Positions 7,530 to 16,754 of a stretch of 31,624 nt of DNA are shown here, one piece after another. The DNA is taken from positions 1 through 31,624 of the IMG/VR virus record IMGVR_UViG_3300049183_000009. One strand, written 5' to 3'. Within the stretch, counting starts at the first letter, position 1, and the number at the start of each line of letters is the position of its first letter. The notes under the pieces were generated by a model that saw nothing but the letters and a program-made list of their open reading frames with translations, was not told where the DNA came from and ran no database searches. Made by a program: the position numbers and the translations under genes. The stretch comes from a virus (taxonomy: Duplodnaviria; Caudoviricetes).

Positions 7530-10500
7530 TTAACCAAACACCGCTGGCGGTGCGGATGTGTACAGAGAGTTGTTGTTGGAGACCGATCGCAGCACACCCG
7601 CAGTCACCCCCGTGTTGTCGGCGGTGGCGTTGGCCGCACCTTCGAGCGCGGCCACCTTGGCAATGAGCTCTGCGACCAATGCCTCCAGGCGCGCGGAACC
7701 TGATGCACTACCACCCGCTGCCGGGTTGTAGGCCCTTGGCACCACCGCCTCGCCTTCATGAATCACCGCGAGCATGTCCCGAGGGACATAGTTCGTACCC
7801 ACAGCAAACTGAGGGATGCGAGTTGCTCCGTTTTTCAGAAGGTTGTCTCGCAACTCGGCAACGCTGATGCCGTACGCGGTCGCCACGTCCTGCATCGACG
7901 CACCGGTCGTGCCGATGGCATCGGCGATCCACTGCGCGCTCTTGCCGTCGTTGATGGCCTTGTCGAGGTTGGTGCGTAGGGCGTTGTAGTAGGCGCTCGG
8001 GTCACCGTTGCCCACCTGCTGGTTGTATAGAGACGAGCGCCCGCTCGCCAGTGGCTTGAAGCCGGGGCCGTACGCCGAATCAAGTTGTTGCTGTGAGGCA
8101 GGTCCAACGCGCTTTCCATCCAGCGTGTACAAGTTGCCGTCCATCCCAACGATGTGCCCGGTTTGGGAGTCGTACTTGTTCTGGCGGTAGTCTGCGTAGG
8201 GCGTCGCAGCGAACTCGGCCACGTTGTCGTTGGCAACGATGCCGCCCGCCGTCCACTTGTTGTTTTGCAACCAGCTCGTGAAGTTGTTCTGCTTGCGATC
8301 CAGGCCGAACTGCTCGGGGCCGTACTTGTACAGCTGGTACGCCAGCACAGGGTCCATCCCCATCCCTTCGTAGCTCAGCAGCGCATCCCGGTTGTTGCGG
8401 AAATACTCCGCGACTTCTGGAGGCATCTTGGTCAGATCGCTCTTGACCAGGGTGCTGCCATCCGTTGCAAAGCTAGAGCGCCCCGTCGTGTAGACCTGCT
8501 CGAAGTCGCGCGCGTATTGCCGGTTGTTCGAGAAAAACTGGTACTGCGCGAAGAGTTCTTCGTCAGAGCCGTCATCCGCCAAGCCCGACACCCGCATCCA
8601 GTCGGGCACCTTGTAGTTGCCGTCCTTGAAGAGGTTGGGGTCTGCCGTGTTGCGCAAACCCTGATACCAGGCCTTGAACTTCTCGAAGCTGGTCAGCGCC
8701 TCGTCGGCGCCATAGCTCACGCGGCCTTGCGATGGTCCGCCAGTAGGCCCTGTGCCCCCTCCGCCAGATCCACCGCTCACGATGCCGTCAGTGGACGGAG
8801 TTCCGCCCAGCAGCACCTTGAGGTCGCTCACCGCCTTGGCCACGCTCACGGTGGCCTCGTAGGTGCCCGATGCGATCTCGATCTGCTGCTTCCAGTAGTC
8901 GAGCGTCTGTTCGTTCTGGTCGATCTGCGTTTCGAGCGCCTTCACCGTGCGCTGGGCATCGGTCAGTTGCTTCTCGGTGATCTTCTCCAAGCCGGACAGC
9001 TTCCCGGCGAGCACGAGCGCGGCATAGTCACGCTCGGCCCGATCACCGCCAAAGGTCGCGACATCATCCAGCCCACCTCGGGCCGCCCCGATGGCTTCGG
9101 CCAGCTTGTCCGCGTCAGGCAGGTATCCCGTCTTGATCGCGGCGGCAAGCGATTCAGTGATGAAATCGTTGCCTTGCACCGCTTGCATGGCACGGGTCGA
9201 ATCGACCTCGCCGTAGAGCTCGCGCACGTTGTCGTGCAGCAGGTCAAACAGCCCGCCCAGCGTGCTGGCCACTTCTTGCGCGGCGCTCAGCTGGGTCCGC
9301 AGCAGCTTGTTTTCCGCCTCCACCGCACGTTGAAGTGCGTTGTAGTAGGACTCGCGCTGCTTCTCCAGCGACACCGTGGTGGCTTCCACAGCCTCGGTAA
9401 CACTTGCGAACGCGCCCGAAAGCTCCAGCAGCCGAGCGTAGGTCTTGCGCCCCTGTTCGCTCGTGTCCTTGGACGCTGCCTCGACCATAGCGCGGTACTG
9501 CTGGCGTGCGTCGGCGGCATTGATGTCGGGTAACTCCAGTCCGAGGTCCTTCAACTCCTTTTCGAGCTGCTTCCTCAAATTCTCGCGGCGCTCGGGGCCG
9601 GTGAAGAAGTTGTCGTAGTAGGTTTTCAGGTTGCCGATCAGCTTGTCGAATCCGCCCGACACCTCTGCCAAGCCTGCCGCTGCATCAAAGCTCATGGCGG
9701 CAAGCTCGCTCATGCCCATCGAGTCCAATGCCGCCTTGAACTGGTTCACCCCCACGATCTGGGCGTTGATCGACTCCAACAGCTTGTTTGCCGCTTCCTC
9801 AGTCAACCCCTCCGCATCCACGTTGGCAAGCATCTTCTTGACAGATTCAGGGATGTCCGAAACGGTCTGCAACGCCTGGATCGTGGACTGCTTGAGGTCG
9901 AGGGTGAAGTCCGCCAAGGCTTGTTTGAAGTCCGGACTGTTGGTGCTGAACTTCTCGTACAGCGTCCCGGCGTAGTTGTCCCCCTTGCCGCTCTCGCCGA
10001 ACGTGGTTCCGTCTTCAAACACCCCACCAGAGAAGACGCCGCCCCGGTCCTTACTGGACGTTTCCAGACCCGCGCTAAAGCCCGACAAGCGAGCCTTGGA
10101 CCCGAGGGCCTCCAGGAAGGCATCGATCCCCTTTGCAGTCCCGGAGACCGCATCGCGGATAGCGGATTCCTGGGCGACAGGATCTCCCTCCAGCCGGTAG
10201 GCCTGACCGTCGATCAGCGCCCGGCGCTCCCCGTTTGAGAAGTCACGGTCGAATTGTTGGCCCTGGTAGGTGTACACCTGGTCGCGGCGGTTGTTGCGCA
10301 CCTGGCCGCCAAAGGCAACGCCGAACTGGCCGCCCGTGCGGGTTTCGCCCTTCGTTGCGTTGGCAATGGAAACCAAGGCCCCGATCCCCAGCGCGATAGG
10401 CCCCAGTGCTCCCGCAATGGTCCCCAGCCCACTCATGACCGAGCCAGCGCCAATCATCTGCCCGCCAGCGGCCAGTGTGCCCGTCAGGCCGTTGGCAAAG

Positions 10501-13070
10501 AGGCTCTGCAAGCCGTAGCTCGCGCCAATGCCGAATGCGCTCGTGCCCATGGAGATCGCGGAGCCGATTCCACCCAAAGAGCTGACGGCGGAGCCGCCGG
10601 TAGCAGTGGCCGCCGCGCCGCCGATGGCCGACAGGCCAAGAGATCCGGTCAGGCCCAGCAGATTACCCACGATGTTCACGACAAACGGCTGCGCAAAGGC
10701 CTTGTACAGCTGATCAGCAACCGTGGTCTTGAATGTCGTGGCCAGGCTCTTCGTAAAGCTCTTCCAGCCGGCCTTGCCGTTGTTGAGCATGTCGGCAAAG
10801 CCTTGGCGGAAGATGTCGTCGTACTTGTTGACGGACTGTTTCCACTCGTCCAGGAACGCCCGGTTTGCAGCGTTTGCCTTGGCGATGGCTGCGCTCGCTT
10901 CAAGCTGGCTGATGCGGGCAGCGCGTTCGGGCGTGTCCGCCTCCAGCGCCTTTACCTCGGCAATCTTTTTCTCCAGCTCCAGCTGGATGCGCAGCTGCTC
11001 CAGCGCCGTGTTGCGCGCCTGCTCAGACTGGCCCATCAGGCCCAGCTCTGCCTGCAGCAACCGGTTGCTTTCCTCAATGCCCTTGGCGTAGTCGTTCACC
11101 AGCTGAGCGGAGCGGTTCATGCCCTGCTCTGCGTGCAGCTGCCGCAGCGCCGCGGCTTCGTCACGGTACGCCTGAGCCAGCTTGCCCGATGCGTCCACGC
11201 CACTCGCCCACAGAGCGAGCGCCTCCAGACGGCGGGCCTTGTCTTCCACTTGCAGCTGGTTGTGCTCGCGCAGCGCGTCGCCGGTCAGGCCGATGGCCTT
11301 GCCTTCGAGCTGCGCCAGGCGCACCTGTTCCTGCGCCGCGCCTGCGGCGGCCATCTGCTTCGTGATGCGCTCGCCCAAGGCGTCGCTGTACTTTTGCTCC
11401 GCGACAACGGCGTCGGCGCGCAGCTTCGCCACGGTTTGGAAATGGTCGCGCTCAGCATCCGCCACTTGGCCGGTGATGCGCGCCACCTCGGCCTGGGAAT
11501 TCTTCTTTTTGGACGCCTCGGCCAGCTCAGCGTCGAAGTTCGCCTTGCGCTGGGCCCAGACTTCTTCTTCCTTGGCTAGCGACTCTTCAATGGCGTCCAT
11601 CTCGGACTTCGCGCCAACCTTCGAGAGCAGGGCCAAGGTGTCGTAGAACGCCTTGCGGCTGTCGAGGATGGCCTTGTCGTTGTTTTTGAAGGCCTGCAGG
11701 CGCGCCGCCATTTCGTCGGCCGCTGCAGAATTGAGTGTGGAGGCACTTTCAGGCGCGACTACGCTCGGCTTCGGGACTTCCACTGCGGGAGGATTGACAA
11801 CGCCACGGCCACCACCCGAAGCGGGGCTGATGTTGTAGTACTGCTCATTCGCAGCCTTCAGCTGCGCTTTCAAGCCTTCGATCTGCTTTTCGAGCCCGCC
11901 GCGGACACCAAACACATCAAACTTAATGCTCGACGCGTCCGCAGTGAGGGAAGAGATCTCTTGCTTCAGGTTGGCAATTCGCTTGCGTTGCGCGTTACCA
12001 CTCCAATCAAACACTCGATTTCCGAAGTCGTCGATCGCACCCCGCACACCACCCTCGCGCATCGCCTTGAAGGTGGCGTTCAATGCCGGCAGCATGTCGG
12101 AAACCAACGAACGGGCCGCGTCTGTGACGTTCGCCTTCAGCTCTGCGATTTGCTTGTTGAGCGCTTCTGCCTGTGCGGTTTGCTCTGCAGTGACCGTGCC
12201 CACAAGTTTTGTCTTCTCGGCCAGGTCGGCCAGGAAGGGCGCCATCTCCCTCACGGACTTACCAAACAGCTCCTGAATCAGGCGCGCCTTGTTCCCGTCA
12301 TCGGCGTAGTTCGACAGTGCAACAGCCACGCGGCGCAGCGCCTCTGCAGGGTCGAGCTTGCGCAGTTCTTCGGCCTCCAGCCCAATGGCCTTCAGCGCGA
12401 GCGCCTGGTCACTGCCGGGCTTCGCCTTGTTCAGTACCTCGTTGAGCTTGACCATGCTGGTGGTCACCACATCCAGCGAGGTGCTGGTGCGCATCGCCAC
12501 GCCTTCCAGGGCGCTGATGTTTTCGATGGACGCACCTGTAGCGTCCTTCACGTCATTGAGCGCGTCCAGCGCGTCGGTGACCTGGCGCACATAGGCGACG
12601 CCTGCCGCAAAGGTAAAGCTGCCCACCAGGGCCACCATCTGGGCGCGCAGGAACCCGGCCGCAGTGCCCAGGGTGCCCATGCCCTTTTCCATGCCCTGCT
12701 GGGCGCGCGTAGCCCCTTCGGCTTTGGCCTTTGCTGCATCCAGTTGATCCAGGTAGGGCTTCAGGACGTTCATGTCCGCGCCGCGCATACGGGCGATGCT
12801 CTCCTGGTACTTGCGATTGGCGGTTCCGCCTGCCTCCAGGGCGGCAATCTGGCGCTGCAGGTTCGACACCATGTTCTTGGTGCTGGAGTCGATGCGGCGG
12901 CTGGCGTCCTCGCCCCCGGCGCCGAATCGTTTGAAACCCTTTTCGCCCTGGTCGCCGACCTGGTCAACGGCCTGGCCCAGCGTGGCGAGCGACTTCTTCG
13001 CACGGGAGACACCTGTCTCCACGCCTTCGGCGTTCGCTACCAGCTTGATCTCGTCCTTCAGATCTGCCAT
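7530..13070 (-). CDS. Tail tape measure protein (about 1846 aa)
   Basis: Very long Ala-rich helical protein after the tail chaperones; C-terminal FAVGTNYVPRDMLAVIHEGEAVVP motif. Confidence 0.92.
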   Translation of the reverse strand: MADLKDEIKLVANAEGVETGVSRAKKSLATLGQAVDQVGDQGEKGFKRFGAGGEDASRRIDSSTKNMVSNLQRQIAALEAGGTANRKYQESIARMRGADMNVLKPYLDQLDAAKAKAEGATRAQQGMEKGMGTLGTAAGFLRAQMVALVGSFTFAAGVAYVRQVTDALDALNDVKDATGASIENISALEGVAMRTSTSLDVVTTSMVKLNEVLNKAKPGSDQALALKAIGLEAEELRKLDPAEALRRVAVALSNYADDGNKARLIQELFGKSVREMAPFLADLAEKTKLVGTVTAEQTAQAEALNKQIAELKANVTDAARSLVSDMLPALNATFKAMREGGVRGAIDDFGNRVFDWSGNAQRKRIANLKQEISSLTADASSIKFDVFGVRGGLEKQIEGLKAQLKAANEQYYNISPASGGGRGVVNPPAVEVPKPSVVAPESASTLNSAAADEMAARLQAFKNNDKAILDSRKAFYDTLALLSKVGAKSEMDAIEESLAKEEEVWAQRKANFDAELAEASKKKNSQAEVARITGQVADAERDHFQTVAKLRADAVVAEQKYSDALGERITKQMAAAGAAQEQVRLAQLEGKAIGLTGDALREHNQLQVEDKARRLEALALWASGVDASGKLAQAYRDEAAALRQLHAEQGMNRSAQLVNDYAKGIEESNRLLQAELGLMGQSEQARNTALEQLRIQLELEKKIAEVKALEADTPERAARISQLEASAAIAKANAANRAFLDEWKQSVNKYDDIFRQGFADMLNNGKAGWKSFTKSLATTFKTTVADQLYKAFAQPFVVNIVGNLLGLTGSLGLSAIGGAAATATGGSAVSSLGGIGSAISMGTSAFGIGASYGLQSLFANGLTGTLAAGGQMIGAGSVMSGLGTIAGALGPIALGIGALVSIANATKGETRTGGQFGVAFGGQVRNNRRDQVYTYQGQQFDRDFSNGERRALIDGQAYRLEGDPVAQESAIRDAVSGTAKGIDAFLEALGSKARLSGFSAGLETSSKDRGGVFSGGVFEDGTTFGESGKGDNYAGTLYEKFSTNSPDFKQALADFTLDLKQSTIQALQTVSDIPESVKKMLANVDAEGLTEEAANKLLESINAQIVGVNQFKAALDSMGMSELAAMSFDAAAGLAEVSGGFDKLIGNLKTYYDNFFTGPERRENLRKQLEKELKDLGLELPDINAADARQQYRAMVEAASKDTSEQGRKTYARLLELSGAFASVTEAVEATTVSLEKQRESYYNALQRAVEAENKLLRTQLSAAQEVASTLGGLFDLLHDNVRELYGEVDSTRAMQAVQGNDFITESLAAAIKTGYLPDADKLAEAIGAARGGLDDVATFGGDRAERDYAALVLAGKLSGLEKITEKQLTDAQRTVKALETQIDQNEQTLDYWKQQIEIASGTYEATVSVAKAVSDLKVLLGGTPSTDGIVSGGSGGGGTGPTGGPSQGRVSYGADEALTSFEKFKAWYQGLRNTADPNLFKDGNYKVPDWMRVSGLADDGSDEELFAQYQFFSNNRQYARDFEQVYTTGRSSFATDGSTLVKSDLTKMPPEVAEYFRNNRDALLSYEGMGMDPVLAYQLYKYGPEQFGLDRKQNNFTSWLQNNKWTAGGIVANDNVAEFAATPYADYRQNKYDSQTGHIVGMDGNLYTLDGKRVGPASQQQLDSAYGPGFKPLASGRSSLYNQQVGNGDPSAYYNALRTNLDKAINDGKSAQWIADAIGTTGASMQDVATAYGISVAELRDNLLKNGATRIPQFAVGTNYVPRDMLAVIHEGEAVVPRAYNPAAGGSASGSARLEALVAELIAKVAALEGAANATADNTGVTAGVLRSVSNNNSLYTSAPPAVFG

Positions 13071-13084
13071 TGAGGCCCCCAAAC

Positions 13085-13135
13085 AAAAAGGGCCGCCCAA
13101 GGCGACCCCACAAGAAAATGCCGCCCCAAGGCGGC
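13085..13135 (-). terminator. Two tandem terminator-like hairpins
   Basis: Minus strand reads GCCGCC TTGG GGCGGC ATTTT, then GGGTCGCC TTG GGCGGCCC TTTTT. Confidence 0.6.
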
Positions 13136-13139
13136 TTGG

Positions 13140-13481
13140 CTAAGTTTTGGGCTTCGGCGCGTGTTTGCGCATGGTGTCCAGCGCCGATATCTCCATGATC
13201 TGGATCGCGTCGACCAGATCGTCCCAGTCTTCCGGGGGCAACCCCATCCGGTCGATCAACGGGTAGATGGCCTCCCACCGAAGGCCAGTGGGCACTCCGC
13301 CCATAGCTCCATACATCCAGCGGGTGCCCACCCGCCGGAATGCATCCATGGCGCGCTCGTTGTCCGGCCACACTTCCAGCGTCTCGCTCTCGTAGTCCTC
13401 CAGCTCCCAGCCTTCGGAATGAGCCTCTGCCTCGGTGTAGGGCGGAACGTAGAGCGCGTGGGCTATGGCTTCGAGTTTTTT
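13140..13481 (-). CDS. Tail assembly chaperone T portion (DUF1799-like), reached by -1 frameshift
   Basis: EVWPDN...F....TRW.....G.PTGL. No good own start; in the -1 frame relative to the upstream chaperone. Confidence 0.8.
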   Translation of the reverse strand, partial: KKLEAIAHALYVPPYTEAEAHSEGWELEDYESETLEVWPDNERAMDAFRRVGTRWMYGAMGGVPTGLRWEAIYPLIDRMGLPPEDWDDLVDAIQIMEISALDTMRKHAPKPKT

Positions 13482-14041
13482 ACCTGGCCCCGAAATACGG
13501 CCTGGTTGTAGGCGTTGATCGCGGCCTCCAGGGACCCAGCGAACTCGTTTTCGAGCGCTTCGAGGTTGGCGGTGTTGAACTCGTCTTCCAGATCCCACCC
13601 GATGGCGAACTTCTCGACCAGCGAGGCATCGGTCTTCAGCGCGTCTTTGACAGCACTGAGCAGGGAGTTTTCATCAAACGTGCGTAGCACGACTTCACGC
13701 AGCGCCTTTGCGGTTGCGGGAGCCTCAGCCTCTGTGCCAGCCTTGGGCTTGCGTGCACCGCGCTTGGGCGCCTTCTCTTGCGGCTCAGCAGCAGGCGGCT
13801 CAACAGCAGCAGACTCAGCGGCCTCTTTTTCGTTCAAGGTGGCCTCGATGGCCTCGCGCTGGCGGGCATCCTTGATGGCTGCCCACTCCGTCTTTTTGAG
13901 GGCCTTGCAGCGGAAGATCAGGCTCGCGGGGGTGCCGTCCAGCTTGCGGATCTCGACCGGCATGTCGAACTCCGGGGCCTGGCCGCCCAAGCGCTTGATG
14001 ACGAAAACGGGAACAGGGTCTTTCTTGCTTGGATCGCTCAT
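13463..14041 (-). CDS. Tail assembly chaperone G
   Basis: Lies between the tube and tape measure genes. Contains GWDLEDEFN..NL..L and ends GQVKNSKP. Confidence 0.85.
   Translation of the reverse strand: MSDPSKKDPVPVFVIKRLGGQAPEFDMPVEIRKLDGTPASLIFRCKALKKTEWAAIKDARQREAIEATLNEKEAAESAAVEPPAAEPQEKAPKRGARKPKAGTEAEAPATAKALREVVLRTFDENSLLSAVKDALKTDASLVEKFAIGWDLEDEFNTANLEALENEFAGSLEAAINAYNQAVFRGQVKNSKP
13475..13481 (-). other. -1 programmed ribosomal frameshift heptamer A AAA AAC
   Basis: GTA AAA AAC in the G frame (X XXY YYZ pattern); the -1 frame continues KLEAIAHALY. Confidence 0.85.
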
Positions 14042-14143
14042 GTCTTTCTTTCGCAGAGTGAATGCCCGTGCGCACCCATGCCTTCCTCTGCGAAAGGAAG
14101 AACATGGATGCGTCGGTGCAGGGGAATGGGCTTGCGCCCGGGA

Positions 14144-14791
14144 TCAAGCGGCGTAGCGGGTGCTGATGTTCTGGGCGTTGAAAGTGCCCTTCACGACCAC
14201 CGCCTGGCCTTCGGTCAGGGTTTCTTCTTCGTTGAAGCTCACCTTGGCCGGAATCAGCGAAATGGCGCCATTCTTGGCGCGGCGCTTCACAACGGTGAAG
14301 GCGTCGGTGTCCGACAGCGTCTTCAGAGCCTCGTAGGCGGGGGTGCCGATCATGTCGGCGTCCATGTCAAACGAGCGCTGCACGGCGTTGAAGCCGTCGT
14401 TCAGCACGATTTCCACGTCGGACTCGATGAACTTGATGTTCACCGTCTTTGCGTCGCCGCCAGACGTGGAGTGGTTCATGGTCTTGTCCAGGTCCACCCA
14501 GGTCGTGACCTTCTGCACCGTACCCTGGCCACCACCAGCGGTGAAGTAGTCCAGGTTGGTGGTGTTGGCCTTTTCGAGCACAAACGAGTCGGTCAGAACG
14601 CTCTTAACCCGGAAAGCGCGGGCGTTGAGCCGGCCCCAGGACGAGAACACGACGACGATGTCGCCGTTGCTGTAGCCGTGAGCGGTCGAGGAAACGACTG
14701 CTTCGGTGGCGTTGGAGATGCCGGTAACCGTTTTGGCGGCGGCGAGGACGGTGGCGACCGAGTGGATGGTGCCGGTAGGGGTACGTGCCAT
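14144..14791 (-). CDS. Major tail tube protein
   Basis: 215 aa; TGISNATEAVV...HGYSNGDIV...SWGRLN motif; canonical position. Confidence 0.88.
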   Translation of the reverse strand: MARTPTGTIHSVATVLAAAKTVTGISNATEAVVSSTAHGYSNGDIVVVFSSWGRLNARAFRVKSVLTDSFVLEKANTTNLDYFTAGGGQGTVQKVTTWVDLDKTMNHSTSGGDAKTVNIKFIESDVEIVLNDGFNAVQRSFDMDADMIGTPAYEALKTLSDTDAFTVVKRRAKNGAISLIPAKVSFNEEETLTEGQAVVVKGTFNAQNISTRYAA

Positions 14792-14808
14792 GGTGGGCCT
14801 TTCGCGAT

Positions 14809-14831
14809 AAAAAAAGACCCCTTCCGGGGCC
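14809..14831 (-). terminator. Terminator-like hairpin upstream of the tail tube gene
   Basis: Minus strand reads GGCCCC GGAA GGGGTC TTTTTTT. Confidence 0.6.
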
Positions 14832-14909
14832 GATTTCTGCGAGGGCTCAGACGGGCAGCGCGGCTTTCGCGGGGCTGCCCTGCCGTGGCAGGGTTGAAGA
14901 AAACAGGTG

Positions 14910-15011
14910 TCAGGCGGGTGGCTGGGCTTCGAGCCACTTGCGCCAGGCCTTGAGGCACCCTTCCAGGTGCCGCAGCAAGGCCTCGTGTAGTGCTTTGGTT
15001 GCGGGGGTCAT
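14910..15011 (-). CDS. 33-aa small ORF, not in the supplied ORF track
   Basis: AAAGGA RBS followed by MTPATKALHEALLRHLEGCLKAWRKWLEAQPPA*; fills the intergenic gap in operon orientation. Confidence 0.65.
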   Translation of the reverse strand: MTPATKALHEALLRHLEGCLKAWRKWLEAQPPA

Positions 15012-15020
15012 GCGTTCCTT

Positions 15021-15377
15021 TCAGCGCGGCGCCCAGACCATGAAGTCCTGCCGCGCGCCGTATCGTTGAGTCTCCGGCTCGTAGTCCGACACGCGGCCCC
15101 CCAGCGGCTCGGTCTGCAGGGCCGGTGTACCGATCAGCGCCTCTTCAGCCAGCTTGGCCAGTGCGGTGACATCCAGCCTGCGCGCGCCCCAGGTTGCAAC
15201 CTGGATGCGGCAGCCTTCGTTGTCGGGCAGCGTGCCCTCCAGGTAGACCATGCCGGCGCCGCCCGCCTGCTGGTACACGATGTACGGCAGCGTGGGGTTC
15301 TCCGGCGCCACGTCGGGATACGCCCGGCCATCGACCAGCGGGCCCAGCGCCTGGGCGATCAGTGCATCGATGCTCAT
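15021..15377 (-). CDS. Tail terminator/completion protein (DUF3168-like)
   Basis: GRAYPDVAP...PYIVYQQAGG...RIQVATW. Confidence 0.85.
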   Translation of the reverse strand: MSIDALIAQALGPLVDGRAYPDVAPENPTLPYIVYQQAGGAGMVYLEGTLPDNEGCRIQVATWGARRLDVTALAKLAEEALIGTPALQTEPLGGRVSDYEPETQRYGARQDFMVWAPR

Positions 15378-15799
15378 TGGCGCAGCTCCTCTGCAACAGC
15401 CGACCGCATGACCGCCTGCACGGCGCTGAGGGCGCGCTGGCGTGCGGAGTCGTAGGTGGGCCGCAGGAATGGCTTTGCAGCCATCTTGCTGGTACCGTAC
15501 TCCAGAAACTTGCCGTAGAAGGCGTGCGACTTGTTCCAGCTCACGCGGTACGTGGCCTGGCTGTCGCCGCTCTCCTCTTCCACGTAGGCCTGGTAGATCG
15601 CGCGGCGCAGGGTGCCCGGGTCGTATGTCTTCTTGCCGCTCTTGTGCGGCTTGGCGCTCACCGGTACGCGGGCCTTGAGCTCGTCGTGGTACACCTGCGC
15701 GCCGGCCTGCGCCGCCTTGCGGGTATTTTTCTTGGCGGCCTGGGCCACCCGGTCCAGATGGGCGTTGATGCCCGCCAGGTTGAAGCTGGCGCCGATCAT
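15374..15799 (-). CDS. HK97 gp10-family neck protein
   Basis: GTLRRAI...FYGKFLEYGTSKMAAKPFLRP. Confidence 0.9.
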   Translation of the reverse strand: MIGASFNLAGINAHLDRVAQAAKKNTRKAAQAGAQVYHDELKARVPVSAKPHKSGKKTYDPGTLRRAIYQAYVEEESGDSQATYRVSWNKSHAFYGKFLEYGTSKMAAKPFLRPTYDSARQRALSAVQAVMRSAVAEELRQ

Positions 15800-16113
15800 G
15801 TGATCACCTCGCAAACCAGGTCCACGTGCTTGCGCTCCACCAGGTCAGGCAGCACGGCGTTGATCTTGTACGTGACGCCCTGGCTGACCACGCGCATAGC
15901 GCCGGTGATATCGGTGCGGTACCGCGTGCGGATGGACACCTGCCGCACCATGGTGGCGGCGCCTGCCTTGATGGTCTCCAGCCCTGCCCCGCCGCGAATG
16001 TCGGCCCAGAAGGTGGTGACCTCGGCCCAGCCAGGGATGGGCTGGCCTGCGGCGTCCTGCGCGGTGCCAGGCGCCTGCAGGCTGCAGTAGTGCTTGAACT
16101 TGCCCGGGTCCAT
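15796..16113 (-). CDS. Head closure/head-tail adaptor protein
   Basis: QDAAGQPIPGW...WADI...IRTRYRTDIT..MRV...YKINAVLPD. Confidence 0.88.
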   Translation of the reverse strand: MDPGKFKHYCSLQAPGTAQDAAGQPIPGWAEVTTFWADIRGGAGLETIKAGAATMVRQVSIRTRYRTDITGAMRVVSQGVTYKINAVLPDLVERKHVDLVCEVIT

Positions 16114-16115
16114 GG

Positions 16116-16697
16116 CTACACGCTCCAGATCCTGTAGGTGTCCAGCAGCCCGTCCGCAAACTCCTGCGGCAACGCGGGACGCTCGGCACTGCGGGCGCGG
16201 TTTTCGTACAGGTCGGTCAAGGCCAGTTTGATCCATTGCACGATAGGGCCGGGGATCTTGTCTGCCGTGGCGCCGTAGCCCGCCGTGTACTGGATCTGCA
16301 CCGCACCGGGCCGCACCCGCGTCGCGGGCCAGCTGGTGCCATGGGCGGGCAGCAGCAGGCCGGGCTCGGCCGTGGGCTCCAACTCGTAAGCGGCTGGGTC
16401 CAGCGTGGGGGTCGCGCCGTCGGGCGCCACGTATTTCACTTGGGTCACGGAGATCACGCGGGGCATGTGCAGCTCAACATGGCCGCCGCAGGCCGGGAAC
16501 CGGTCCAGCGTGCGCTGCCAGGTGGTGGTGAGCAACGTGCGCTGCAGCCGCGCCTCAGCCGCCTCGCGCGCAACCTTGATGAGCGCGGTGATCAGCAAGT
16601 CGTTGTGCGTCTCGGTCTGCGTCTCGCGCAGGTGGGCCTTGGCCTCGGCCAGCGTGAGCGGCTCGACCGTGGCGTCGGTGATCTTGATGGTGGGCAT
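16116..16697 (-). CDS. Head-tail connector protein (gp6-like)
   Basis: EPLTLAEAKAHLR...LIKVAREAAE...YTAGYG...LYENR. Confidence 0.9.
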   Translation of the reverse strand: MPTIKITDATVEPLTLAEAKAHLRETQTETHNDLLITALIKVAREAAEARLQRTLLTTTWQRTLDRFPACGGHVELHMPRVISVTQVKYVAPDGATPTLDPAAYELEPTAEPGLLLPAHGTSWPATRVRPGAVQIQYTAGYGATADKIPGPIVQWIKLALTDLYENRARSAERPALPQEFADGLLDTYRIWSV

Positions 16698-16754
16698 GGT
16701 GTGTTCCGCCTTTGGCTTGCGCCCGCAAGGAGACAGGCGCAAGGCGAAGGGAGA

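Noticed and set aside
8154-13073. Long plus-strand ORFs (459, 441 and 370 aa) opposite the tape measure
   Set aside because: Antisense shadows caused by the scarcity of TTA/CTA/TCA codons; no recognisable domains.
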